The notes under the pieces were generated by a model. It did not search any database and was not told where the DNA came from. It saw only the letters and a program-made list of their open reading frames with translations. A stretch of DNA of 64,000 nt from assembly GCA_016699875.1 (NCBI GenBank), contig CP064989.1:456788-520787 (forward strand), given 5' to 3'. This document shows positions 1 through 9,574 of the stretch, piece by piece; positions within the stretch are counted from its first letter, which is position 1; every line of letters starts with the position of its first letter. The stretch comes from Candidatus Moraniibacteriota bacterium. GTDB lineage: Bacteria; Patescibacteriota; Minisyncoccia; Moranbacterales; UBA1568. The position numbers and the translations under genes are program-made.

Positions 1-3000
1 AAGAGTGGCAAACACAAACACATATCTCTTCCGAGCCAAGTGATAGGTGACGATAATAGTTGAAAGCGTAAAGAACGCGATAGCAACAGCATATATCGGG
101 AGAAAGGGCAAGACGGCCGATATTTTCTCGCCAAAGAGAAATTTCGAGAACACTCCGTCAAAAAATCCCAGGAGCAAAACACTCCCGGCAACAACAATTG
201 AAGAAAGCCCGTAGATAATCCAGAATACTTTCTTCGTTCCCTTCCCGAGCCCGCGATTCCTCCCCACAAATGTCACCATGAACATATTCGGCATGGTGCC
301 GAGAAAGAAAATCACTTTGCCGACCAGCGAGAGAAGCGCATACTCCCCGGCACCGCGTTCAGACATGAAGTGCTTTGCCAGAAGCACATCCACTGTGGTA
401 AACATCGCCGTCGAAACCGTTACTAAGATCGCCGCGGAAAAGAACTCTATCGGAAAAGATCGCGACTGCGGGTCGCGAATCAAAGATCTTCCCGCACCGG
501 GAATGAGGAAAAAAGATAAGAATGCGGCAAAGACCACACTTGCCGGTATAGAAAGATATGCATATTCACTTGAACCAAAGAATACAAATCCTAAAGCAAA
601 AACTAACTTACTCCCAGCTTCGATAAGAGAGAGAATCGCCGCAGCTCGAAAACGAAGAGATCCCTGCAGATATCCGAAATTCCCGAATGCCAGAAGTCCG
701 CCTGCGAGAAGCGGCGTAAAAGAAAGCAGAAGCAATGCGTCAGCAACGTGAAAAAACCGAGAAAGTGCCGGAACAGCAAAAAGCCAGAGTGCGGTCACAA
801 AGACAGAAGCGATCAAGCCTATCCGCATGACAGACGCCCAAAAAGTAAGCGCTTCCTTTTCTCCACTTCTCGCAGAGAGATAAGAAACCTCACGATTGAT
901 CGTGGTAGCGAATGGACTGATGAAAACCAATGCAAGATACCAGAGCGTATTCAAAAGTGCAACCATTCCAAGCACCTCAAACGACAACACTCGCCCCAGA
1001 AACGCATTGAATGCAAAATTCAAAATATTGGAAAGAAAGGTGGCCACCACAAAGAGCCCCTCCGCAGAAATCGCGAATGCGATCAGTATCTTTGAGTACG
1101 CACCGGAGGAAATCCCCCGCGATATACGATCAATAAATTGAGACTTCGCAGAAATCCCAGGAACAAACCAAGAGAAACGATTCTGAATTCCCAGGACACG
1201 CTTGTTCCAAGGTGATACGCTCGCGCTTATTGGCAACACGCTGCCCGGCAGATTAGCAGCATCTTCCGGAGAAGCTTTTTTCGAAACCGCATCGACTGGC
1301 TTCTTCTTTCGCTTCAAGAGATGAAGTCCGTGCGTCGTCTTCTCCCAATAGTGCGGCTTCACAAAGAGCTGATATGCCGCCATAACCGCCGCCACCGATA
1401 CCAAGAGCCAATAGAATGGAATCAAGAATACCCACTTCATCAGTTCCCATTTTTCCCGTTTTGCGCAACCGATCATGTAGTAGTACATCGCCAGGAAATT
1501 CCCGAAGATAAGCGAGACTATCGCCATATAGAAGATTGCCGGAGGATAGAGTGCCTCGATGGTCGGACCAACTATTGATCTCAGAGAAAAATACAGAATC
1601 GTCTGAAGCCACAAGATCGGGTTAATAAGCATGAACGCGATTTTCCCGCCGACAATAAACTGGAAAAGCAGCGCGTGAATGCCATTGTCTCGGAAAAATT
1701 TCAGCGGATGCCGCATGTGGACCAAATACGTCTGCATGTATCCCTTAATCCACCGCGATCGCTGGCGAATCCAGTTCCCGACTTTGCTGTTCGCCTCTTC
1801 AAGCGTTACCGAGTCGATAATGGATGTCCGATGTCCGCGCGTGAAAATCCGCGCTCCCAAATCGCAGTCTTCCGTCACATTGAAGGGGTCCCATCCTTCA
1901 AGCGAGAGAAGATCTTCCCGCCGGAAATGATTGCTCGTCCCTCCGAGCGGGATGGACGTCGCGACCGACTGCAAGCCCGGAAGCGTCACATCGAACCACA
2001 GCGAGTATTCCGCCGTGAAAAGCCGGGTCAGAATATTCTGATCGGAGTTGAAATAGTTGAGCTTCGCCTGAAGACACCACACATCGCGCGAGAGGGTTTG
2101 AAAACCGAGATACGCTTTCTTGAGCTGGAGCGGATCAGGAATATCTTCCGCATCGTAGATCACAACATACTCGCCGCGCGTCATCGAAAGACCGTAATTG
2201 CACGCTTTCGGCTTCGTCTTCGGTTCGGAGTGCGGCACCACCACTACGCGCACGAAAGACGGGAGATTCATATCCGTCGCCGCTTGTATCGTTTCCTGGT
2301 CGTTTTCTTCGAGAAGAAGCAGCGCTTCGAGTTTCTCTTTCGGCCAGTCGATTTTCCCAATCGCCTCGAGGAATCCGGGAAGAATATGCGCCTCGCGATA
2401 GAGCGGACAAAGTATGGAATACATCGGGAGATCCTCATCGCGCAGCGCGGCGAGTTCTTTGTCCGAAAAAGAAACTTCCGGTGGCCGTTTAAGACTCCGC
2501 ACCACGAAGAAAGCATTGAACAACACATCGAAGAAATAGATGCTTGTCAGCACCGCTGTCGCCGCAACCAGTGTCGACATCGGACGAACAAAGATGCCGA
2601 CCAAAAGCGCGAGCACAATGCCGGCGAGAACTATTCGCTGCCACGGCATAAACGTGTGAAGTGCCGAGGCATGATGCGGCAGTGTCGAGTGCGTCACGAA
2701 CCGCTTGCGCCGATGGGCAACGCCCGCGCCAATCATGCCGGATACCTTCCCGGCGCCAGCTCCCTCCGGATGGATGTGAAGCGGCTGCCGTTCCCGGAAA
2801 CGCAGCTTCAGAGCATTCCACCCGATTTCTCGAATCGCCTTCCAGAAAACAATTTTCGATTCTCCCGACTTCCGCTCCGCAAACACGATAGAATGTCCGC
2901 CTATTTCATAGCCGTAATTCCGCGCCGTCAGCAAAAACTCGAGATCGAATGTCCATGGATCCGGAGTAATCTTCACTTCGCGAGCGATACGCGCACGAAA

Positions 3001-3477
3001 CACCTTCATGCCGGACTGCACATCAACATCCAGACCGTGCAAAAATTTTGAAAAGACCAGCGCGAATCCTCGACTCAAAATCTTTCGCAATGCGCTTGTC
3101 TCTCGCTCGATCCGATTGGCAACGACGATGTCGGCTCCACCTTGCAACTTCGCATACATCTCGGGAAGCGCCTCGGGCGGATACTGCAGATCGGCATCAA
3201 TCATGGCGATCGTTTCGAAACGCACGTAGTCGAATCCTTCAAGGATAGAATGTGCCTTCCCTCGATGGCCTTTCTTGAGATAAAAAGAAGCGGGGTACGA
3301 TAGCGAAAGTTTTTCAACTTCCGACCGTGTCCCGTCCGTCGAATGATCATCGATGAAAATCACCTCGTACTCGATGTCCGCCGAGCGGAAAGACGCATCA
3401 AGACGGCGGACCAAGTCCGCCACATTGCCCTCCTCATTCAATGTCGGCACCAAAACCGAGATTCGCTCCCGCAGCAT
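1..3477 (-). CDS. Giant fused exopolysaccharide synthase, C-terminally truncated by the window edge. N-terminal GT2 (DPM1-like); central processive GT2 with D,D,D and QRSRW motifs; C-terminal MOP/Wzx-like multi-TM flippase domain.
   Basis: Manual reverse-complement translation from ATG at 3477..3475 (MLRERISVLVPTLNEEGNVADLV...) stays open with no stop down to position 1 (>1150 codons). Motifs seen: ...FIDDHSTDGT (GT2), ...YDAEDIPDPLQL..., NWIRQRSRWIKG (QxxRW), then a hydrophobic region with ...LLAKHFMSERGAGEYALLSLVGK... typical of Wzx/polysaccharide-biosynthesis (MOP) proteins. Not in the ORF track, presumably because no in-window stop exists. Confidence 0.7.
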   Translation of the reverse strand, partial: MLRERISVLVPTLNEEGNVADLVRRLDASFRSADIEYEVIFIDDHSTDGTRSEVEKLSLSYPASFYLKKGHRGKAHSILEGFDYVRFETIAMIDADLQYPPEALPEMYAKLQGGADIVVANRIERETSALRKILSRGFALVFSKFLHGLDVDVQSGMKVFRARIAREVKITPDPWTFDLEFLLTARNYGYEIGGHSIVFAERKSGESKIVFWKAIREIGWNALKLRFRERQPLHIHPEGAGAGKVSGMIGAGVAHRRKRFVTHSTLPHHASALHTFMPWQRIVLAGIVLALLVGIFVRPMSTLVAATAVLTSIYFFDVLFNAFFVVRSLKRPPEVSFSDKELAALRDEDLPMYSILCPLYREAHILPGFLEAIGKIDWPKEKLEALLLLEENDQETIQAATDMNLPSFVRVVVVPHSEPKTKPKACNYGLSMTRGEYVVIYDAEDIPDPLQLKKAYLGFQTLSRDVWCLQAKLNYFNSDQNILTRLFTAEYSLWFDVTLPGLQSVATSIPLGGTSNHFRREDLLSLEGWDPFNVTEDCDLGARIFTRGHRTSIIDSVTLEEANSKVGNWIRQRSRWIKGYMQTYLVHMRHPLKFFRDNGIHALLFQFIVGGKIAFMLINPILWLQTILYFSLRSIVGPTIEALYPPAIFYMAIVSLIFGNFLAMYYYMIGCAKREKWELMKWVFLIPFYWLLVSVAAVMAAYQLFVKPHYWEKTTHGLHLLKRKKKPVDAVSKKASPEDAANLPGSVLPISASVSPWNKRVLGIQNRFSWFVPGISAKSQFIDRISRGISSGAYSKILIAFAISAEGLFVVATFLSNILNFAFNAFLGRVLSFEVLGMVALLNTLWYLALVFISPFATTINREVSYLSARSGEKEALTFWASVMRIGLIASVFVTALWLFAVPALSRFFHVADALLLLSFTPLLAGGLLAFGNFGYLQGSLRFRAAAILSLIEAGSKLVFALGFVFFGSSEYAYLSIPASVVFAAFLSFFLIPGAGRSLIRDPQSRSFPIEFFSAAILVTVSTAMFTTVDVLLAKHFMSERGAGEYALLSLVGKVIFFLGTMPNMFMVTFVGRNRGLGKGTKKVFWIIYGLSSIVVAGSVLLLGFFDGVFSKFLFGEKISAVLPFLPIYAVAIAFFTLSTIIVTYHLARKRYVFVFATL

Positions 3478-3822
3478 GAACTTCACTCGTGGACAACCGT
3501 TTCAATACCAAAGAAATTCCCGAAAGACAGCCCTCTCAGTTTTTGTCTTTTCTGTATTTCCAACTGAAACGCGACGCAGCGTGCCCGAATATATGGATGA
3601 ACTCTGATGATATACTCTCGACTCCATGAGTGTCAATGTTGACGCGAATCGACTATTGGGATATGATCGCACCCTAAACAATTCCGTCCCTGAAAATTCC
3701 AGTAACTTCCCAGCTCAAAAAAGGAGCGCGTCATGCCCTCGCCTGGCAGTCATCCGCCAGCAAAAAGATCACTTCTCAAACAAACACACCCTGCCGAGAC
3801 AAATCGTTTCGGCAGTATTTTT

Positions 3823-5760
3823 TTATCGAATATCGCGGAAACTTTTCGTGAACGGCCGCTTAAAAAAGAGCACCCACAAATGGTTCACGGTATACACGGA
3901 TGCAGCACGAAACACGCCCTCGCGATTCAATCGGCGTCCCGATGTCCGCATCGGAAGAGAAAAGGTGAATCGAACACGCCCCTCCTTCTGAATACGGCGT
4001 GCAATATCCGTATCCTCTCCAAAAAAAGTGATAGTAACATCAAACCCGCCTATTTTTTCCAGAGCTGACCGTCTCAACACAAAGTTTCCACCTTGAATCA
4101 GCGCGCCCGATCGAAGCACGTGATGATTGAATAAATGAAAGAGAAAACCCGCCGAATAGTAGAGCCGTATGAAGAAATTCGTCACCGGCGAAATATCATA
4201 ATAAATGTATGGGCCGCTCAATGCCACTAAATTATTCTTCCTTGCAAACTCAGCCAAGACCCGATCAATCCACCCCTTCGGTATCAGAGAGTCCGCGTCG
4301 ATATTGGCGATAAGAGCGCCTCTCGACGCGAGGAATCCGGCCTGTCGTGCTCGAGAGAGACCCTTTTGCCATTCGTCTACGACGACAACTCCGGGAAACC
4401 AAAGCGCAATCTCCCGCGTTCGATCCGTACTCGCGTTGTTCACCACGATCACTTCGATACTCCGGCGACTCTCACTCACTCTCTGCAAGACCGTCCGAAG
4501 CGTTGTCTCAAGAAATTTCTCCTCATTGTATGCGGGAATGACAATACTGAGAACCGGCTCACCTGTCTCGGACACTTCTCCCAGAATCGTTCGGAATATT
4601 CGCTCCCATTCATTCGCAACCGCCGATGCGGAAAACTCGCGCACAAAGTTTCTCCCGTTCTCACCAAGCCGCATCATCTCTTCCGGATAAGAAAAAAGAT
4701 AGACCATTCTCTCCGCAAGACCAGCCGTATCGCCGGGAGCAACAATAAACCCGGCATTCTTTGGTACGTATTCCGGCAACCCATACGCATCCGCGGCAAT
4801 CACCGGCAATCCCGAAGCAAACGCATGCATCATGCTAAGGCACTGCGTCTCCGCTGTACTCATCACCGTAAAAATATCCGCCGCCCGATACACGTCGGAA
4901 AATTCCTCGCACTCCAAATAACCCAGAAAATGCACGCTTTCCTCTATGCCAAGCTTCTTTGCCAATTGTCGAAGCGACGGCTCGGCAGAGCCATGACCGG
5001 TAATGGCACACGAGATATCCGGAATCGATTTCTTAGCAATCGCCATCGCTCGAAGCACGACATCGATATTCTTTTCCTGCGCAAGCCGACCCGTGTAAAG
5101 AAGCGCATGTTCGGACAATCCGAATTTTTTCTTCAGTGCGACCTTTTCATCCGGAGAACCGCTTGAAGAAAAATCCGAAAGCTCCAACGGATTGGAAAGC
5201 ACGCGCGACTTCGAGCGAAAACCAAACGATTCCATTTCAGAGAGAAGCGCGCGGCACGGCGCACTTACGAAGACACAGTGCCGATAATACCAGTTCACAT
5301 ATTTCATCCCGGCGTTCTCGAGTCGCTTCCATCGGACCGGCGCATACTTGAGAAATTCGAGAAGCGGCGTGTGATTCGTTCCGACAATCATCTTTTTGAG
5401 AAGCTTCGATAGAAGAAGCGCTTCGAGTCCGGCGCCGAAGAAGAGCTGCGTATATATAATATCCGGATCAAATCTTTTGATATGCCGATAACTCGAAAGT
5501 ATCGGGAGTACGAGCCGCCCCTGCTTGGTCGGAGCCGCTTTGTACGGAAGTGAGAACAGTCGAAAAATTTCGATATTCTCGCCGAGATCCAATTCGCGAA
5601 ACGGCAATTTCGAAACAGCAAAATCGCGCCGCGAGTACCGCGGGACATAAAAAACGATTTTGTGTCCGCGTGCCGCGAGCTCCCTCGCGAGAGAGATAAT
5701 GGAATCGGATATCCCGCTCATCTCCGGATAGAAGTTGTCCGAAAATATCGCGATTTTCAT
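3823..5760 (-). CDS. Bifunctional glycosyltransferase: N-terminal GT4 (GT-B fold), C-terminal GT2 (GT-A, ...VLSIVIPAYNEEKFLETTLRTV...)
   Basis: ORF track frame 3823..5805. Start refined to MKIAIFSDNFYPEMSGISD at 5760 with GAGGTGA RBS 7 nt upstream. GT4 and GT2 signature stretches seen. Confidence 0.75.
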   Translation of the reverse strand: MKIAIFSDNFYPEMSGISDSIISLARELAARGHKIVFYVPRYSRRDFAVSKLPFRELDLGENIEIFRLFSLPYKAAPTKQGRLVLPILSSYRHIKRFDPDIIYTQLFFGAGLEALLLSKLLKKMIVGTNHTPLLEFLKYAPVRWKRLENAGMKYVNWYYRHCVFVSAPCRALLSEMESFGFRSKSRVLSNPLELSDFSSSGSPDEKVALKKKFGLSEHALLYTGRLAQEKNIDVVLRAMAIAKKSIPDISCAITGHGSAEPSLRQLAKKLGIEESVHFLGYLECEEFSDVYRAADIFTVMSTAETQCLSMMHAFASGLPVIAADAYGLPEYVPKNAGFIVAPGDTAGLAERMVYLFSYPEEMMRLGENGRNFVREFSASAVANEWERIFRTILGEVSETGEPVLSIVIPAYNEEKFLETTLRTVLQRVSESRRSIEVIVVNNASTDRTREIALWFPGVVVVDEWQKGLSRARQAGFLASRGALIANIDADSLIPKGWIDRVLAEFARKNNLVALSGPYIYYDISPVTNFFIRLYYSAGFLFHLFNHHVLRSGALIQGGNFVLRRSALEKIGGFDVTITFFGEDTDIARRIQKEGRVRFTFSLPMRTSGRRLNREGVFRAASVYTVNHLWVLFFKRPFTKSFRDIR

Positions 5761-5777
5761 AGTGTTCACCTCAAGAA

Positions 5778-8129
5778 TCAGTCCCGCTCCCCGCGAGCAA
5801 ACCAACGCGCAAGAACATATTGGAGAAGCGTATAGACGAATAATACCAAAGAAAACCTGACTGAGGCATCAGGAGAAATCGGCGGAATATCGATTTCAAA
5901 GAATCGCAAAACCAACGGGACATGAAGAGCTATCGGAAGCAATATCGCCTCGAAGAGCGCGAGCAGTACCAAATCTCTCATCTCCGAAGGCGCGAGCTTT
6001 CCCCGGAAAACCCTCGGGACAAAGAGGAAGAAAATAAATCCCAAAATAAGCGAAGCCAGAACGATGAGGAAATTCGACGGCGAATTTTTCAGCTGTTCGC
6101 CACTCAGAGCAAAGATAAATCCCAGAGCAACCGCCTGCAGCAATGACGACGAGACTACGAAAGGAAGTACTTTTCTCAAGAAATTTCCCGCATGCGCAGC
6201 AACTGCTTTCCCTGCCGGACGGATCGTCCAGTATGAGATAAGAATACTCGGGAAGCCGATAGTAAAATAATTGATAAGCGTCATATTGAGCGGCGTGAGC
6301 GGAAAGGCGTAGCCCAAAATACTGACCCACACGAAGAGAAAAAATCCCGTAAATGAAAAACTGAAAAAGATGCTTGCAAAAATCTCCGCGTTTTTGATAA
6401 TGCTGTCCGCCAATTCCACGCCGCCCGGAAGCGCCGTGAAACTATTGTTTGTCAACACAATCGAAGCAACCTGACGTGTCGCCGGAGCACCTTCAAACAT
6501 CGCGATACCGAGATCCGATTTCTTGAGCGCCAAAGCATCGTTCGCGCCGTCGCCCACCATCGCCGTAAATCCATCGTCTTTCAACGCTTCAACAATCCGC
6601 TCTTTCTGCTCGGGAAATATTCGCGCAAAAATAGTCGTATTCCGCACGCGATCTCCGAATTCTTCCTCTGTCCACTGATCGATATCCGCACCCGAGACCA
6701 CGCTGTCGGTTTCAAGAACACCTGCCGACCGAGCAATGGCCCGTACCGTCTCCGCATGATCGCCCGAGAGGATGCGAATACGCACTCCACGCTTCTGAAA
6801 GAACTCGATTGCTTCACGGATGCCCGGACGAAGCCGGCTCGAGAGAACGAAAACGCCGAGCAGAGAAAGTTTCGACTGCGCGATATCCTGAGGAATACCC
6901 ATACCATCCGAAAGGGCGATACAAAGAAGCCGATTCCCCTCACGAGCTTCCCGAGACAGGATGTCCTGCAGCCACGATTGTTCCGATGCGGCAATGAGCT
7001 GCGGGATCATTACTTCGGCAGCTCCCACCACGAGCACCATCGTATCTCCCGATACATCCCTAAATGACACTGCACCAAACCGACGCCACGAAGAGAAAGG
7101 CAGTCCATCAATTTTAACCCCCTTGAAAGAGTCATTGGTAAGAAGCTTCCGTACAGCAAGAGCGGTCTGAGATGTGTCATTTGTCCCATCAAGATATGCC
7201 GTCATGTATTCGAACGACTTCGCCTCCGGCGCACCGTCAACAGACAAAAACCGCTCCGCCGTGAGCCCGTTCTCACAAAGCGTTCCCGTCTTGTCCAGGC
7301 AGAGATTCTTGATACGCCCGAGTTTCTCCGTCGCATTCACTTCCTGCAGAAGCACGTGCCGGCGAAAAAGATGCGCCGCTCCATAAGCGAAGAGAAGCGT
7401 CATGCCGAATGCCAACCCCTGCGCCACGATCACGCTCGCGAGCGCGCCGACATGCTTCACGATATTCACATTCGACTCATGTGCCATGACACCGCGAAGA
7501 ACCGCAAAAGCAATGACAACGACCAGTACATACCCGGAATATCGGATCACCATATTGACCGACTTCTGTATCGGACTCTCGGCAACCGATGATCGCTGCA
7601 CTCCCTCCGTCATACGCGCAATGCGACTCTCGGCAAACACCGTCTCCGCCCGCATCAGACCGGCACCGGAGGTAATAATGCTTCCCGCAAGCACCCGCTC
7701 CCCCGCTCCGCGCGGCAACGATGTCGACTCGCCCGTAATAAGCCCCTCATTCAGCTCAAGTGATTCCGACGATACCAATACGCCGTCACACGGTATCTGA
7801 TCGCCCAAGCCGAGACGAAGCATATCTCCCTTCCGAACATCTTCCGTAAGAACGGATTCCTCGACACCGTCGCGAATACGATTCACATGCGGCGCCGTCA
7901 AAAGCTGGAGCTTTTCAAGCGCGCGCCACGCACGAATATCCTGTCCGAGACCAAGCAGCATATTGATCACGGTCACCAGCCCCAAGAACAATCCTGCCTG
8001 CCGATCACCAAATACAAAGAGAAGCGCCACGACTGTCAGGATAACGCCGTTTGTCAAAAGGAATACATTCCTCGATACGATATACCACAAATCCCGAATT
8101 TTTTTCACGCGCGGTGTCAGCATAAGCAC
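5778..8129 (-). CDS. P-type cation-transporting ATPase (P2-like; short N-terminus starting near TM1)
   Basis: Motifs ITGES (A-domain), CLDKTGTLCENG (DKTGT phosphorylation site), MVGDGANDALALKKSDLGIAM (hinge), multiple TM helices. 783 aa. Confidence 0.9.
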   Translation of the reverse strand: MLMLTPRVKKIRDLWYIVSRNVFLLTNGVILTVVALLFVFGDRQAGLFLGLVTVINMLLGLGQDIRAWRALEKLQLLTAPHVNRIRDGVEESVLTEDVRKGDMLRLGLGDQIPCDGVLVSSESLELNEGLITGESTSLPRGAGERVLAGSIITSGAGLMRAETVFAESRIARMTEGVQRSSVAESPIQKSVNMVIRYSGYVLVVVIAFAVLRGVMAHESNVNIVKHVGALASVIVAQGLAFGMTLLFAYGAAHLFRRHVLLQEVNATEKLGRIKNLCLDKTGTLCENGLTAERFLSVDGAPEAKSFEYMTAYLDGTNDTSQTALAVRKLLTNDSFKGVKIDGLPFSSWRRFGAVSFRDVSGDTMVLVVGAAEVMIPQLIAASEQSWLQDILSREAREGNRLLCIALSDGMGIPQDIAQSKLSLLGVFVLSSRLRPGIREAIEFFQKRGVRIRILSGDHAETVRAIARSAGVLETDSVVSGADIDQWTEEEFGDRVRNTTIFARIFPEQKERIVEALKDDGFTAMVGDGANDALALKKSDLGIAMFEGAPATRQVASIVLTNNSFTALPGGVELADSIIKNAEIFASIFFSFSFTGFFLFVWVSILGYAFPLTPLNMTLINYFTIGFPSILISYWTIRPAGKAVAAHAGNFLRKVLPFVVSSSLLQAVALGFIFALSGEQLKNSPSNFLIVLASLILGFIFFLFVPRVFRGKLAPSEMRDLVLLALFEAILLPIALHVPLVLRFFEIDIPPISPDASVRFSLVLFVYTLLQYVLARWFARGERD

Positions 8130-8186
8130 TGCTTTTTATAATCTTGTCGCAAAGATTTTTTGGTATTGCTAACTTCAGAGAGATCT

Positions 8187-8220
8187 TAGTTTTCTGTCAT
8201 TCCCGTGAAGACGGGAATCC
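8187..8220. repeat. Hairpin repeat family copy 1 (GTCATTCCCGtGAAGaCGGGAATCCcGGTTCCAC)
   Basis: Near-identical to copies at 61263, 61674 (inverted) and 62082. 8-bp stem ATTCCCGC/GCGGGAAT with 4-nt loop. Lies 3' of the metalloprotease gene stop. Confidence 0.7.
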
Positions 8221-8401
8221 CGGTTCCACAAACCAAAAGTTACAAAAAACGAGAGCGACTCGCAGAGAGATTTTCGTTTCAGGTATGAGTAGGCATACTC
8301 GCTCCTTCGTGTATTTCCTGAACCTGTCCGCATCGCTTGTGCGAAGCACTACGGGCAGGCGTGCCAACTGTGAAAATCTTAACACGCAACGATCGTATGC
8401 T

Positions 8402-9460
8402 CTACTCTTTACAGAGCTCCTCAAACAGCCTTCGATCTTCATCGGTCAGTACCGGTTTCTGCTCGCCAACGGACGGATACATAATGGACGTACTCTCCGC
8501 CGCATGTCCAATGCCAAGCGCGTGCCCCATCTCATGCGCCAGAATAAGCACCAAGTCGTCGTGATCGTAGAACTGGAACACGTCGATATTCGCGCCGGAA
8601 GCATCTTTGGTATAGAGTCCGGTTGTAAATTCCTCGCGCGCGCCGGACACCTGGTTATACGTATCAACGGTCAAGTTGAGCGCGCTTGCCATGCGATTGA
8701 GACTCCCCGCCGCCGTATTCACCTGCCCGGAAAGCACATTGAGCGCAGCATATTCCTTCGCGAGCGCCGACTTCTCATCATTCAATCGCTTGCGTTCGTC
8801 ATCGATATCAGATGCCTCCTTCTTGAGATCCTTCCGCTCATCTTCCAATTCCTCATACTCGTCGGGAGGTGCACCGCCTTCGGCATTCCACTGCGCAACC
8901 AATCGCTCATACGATGCCAGTCGATCTTGATATTTCTCGACACGCCGTTCATAGTCGCGGAGCTTCTTCTCATACGAAGACACGTGTCCGTCATAGGCGA
9001 ATTTCTTCCCATCAAACTCTTTGCGGAGTGCATTATACTCGGAACGCAGCGACTCATAGGCGGATTTCCGGCTCTCGATATCCGATGATGTTTCTTTGAG
9101 AGAATCTGTTTCCGCCTGCCGATCATCAAAGACAAGATTGATCGGGATCGCATCGGTATCGGTGCTTTCCATAAGAAGGTCTCGACCGGTCCCCGATTCC
9201 CATATCGCCTCGGCCTCATGAATCGCCTTCAAAAACTCCGCTTCCGAGAGATGGAAATTCGGATCAATAGTCCCCACCCGATACTCAAGCGGAAACCGAC
9301 ACGAATCATCAAGTGCCGGAATCACTTTGGAGAGCACTGCCCGAGAAGAAGACACTGTTGGCATCTTCCCCGTCTTCAGAGCAAATACGACTGCAAATGA
9401 AGACGCCAAGACAACTAAGGAAAGAAGAACAGCTCGAATCGTTCGAAAGAAGAATGCCAT
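8402..9460 (-). CDS. Secreted or membrane-anchored zinc metalloprotease, metzincin/matrixin-like, with central coiled-coil region
   Basis: N-terminal hydrophobic signal/anchor (MAFFFRTIRAVLLSLVVLASSFAVVFA). Long charged heptad-like segment (KEFDGKKFAYDGHVSSYEKKLRDYERRVEKYQDRLASYERL...). C-terminal HEMGHALGIGH (HExxHxxGxxH) followed by Met-turn SIMYP. Confidence 0.7.
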   Translation of the reverse strand: MAFFFRTIRAVLLSLVVLASSFAVVFALKTGKMPTVSSSRAVLSKVIPALDDSCRFPLEYRVGTIDPNFHLSEAEFLKAIHEAEAIWESGTGRDLLMESTDTDAIPINLVFDDRQAETDSLKETSSDIESRKSAYESLRSEYNALRKEFDGKKFAYDGHVSSYEKKLRDYERRVEKYQDRLASYERLVAQWNAEGGAPPDEYEELEDERKDLKKEASDIDDERKRLNDEKSALAKEYAALNVLSGQVNTAAGSLNRMASALNLTVDTYNQVSGAREEFTTGLYTKDASGANIDVFQFYDHDDLVLILAHEMGHALGIGHAAESTSIMYPSVGEQKPVLTDEDRRLFEELCKE

Positions 9461-9574
9461 ACGAAAAACACCTCACTCAAATGGAAATCCCTTAGCGGAG
9501 TCAAAAGTATGCGGACCAACCACAATCAGCTCTTGTTGTCCCGCCTATTAAAACCATGCTACCATACCGGTACT

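Noticed and set aside
1675-3051. 458 aa plus-strand ORF in the ORF track (Arg-rich, MNAIVSEKFQRMPHVDQIRLH...)
   Set aside because: Antisense shadow of the long minus-strand GT2/GT2/flippase frame verified by manual translation. Arg-rich low-complexity composition and no motifs.
4366-5166. 266 aa plus-strand ORF inside the GT4-GT2 gene
   Set aside because: Antisense to a gene with clear GT4 and GT2 motifs. R/H-rich composition.
8144-9088. 314 aa plus-strand ORF
   Set aside because: Lies antisense to the well-supported metalloprotease gene (HExxHxxGxxH, Met-turn). Runs through hairpin repeat copy 1. No domain signatures.
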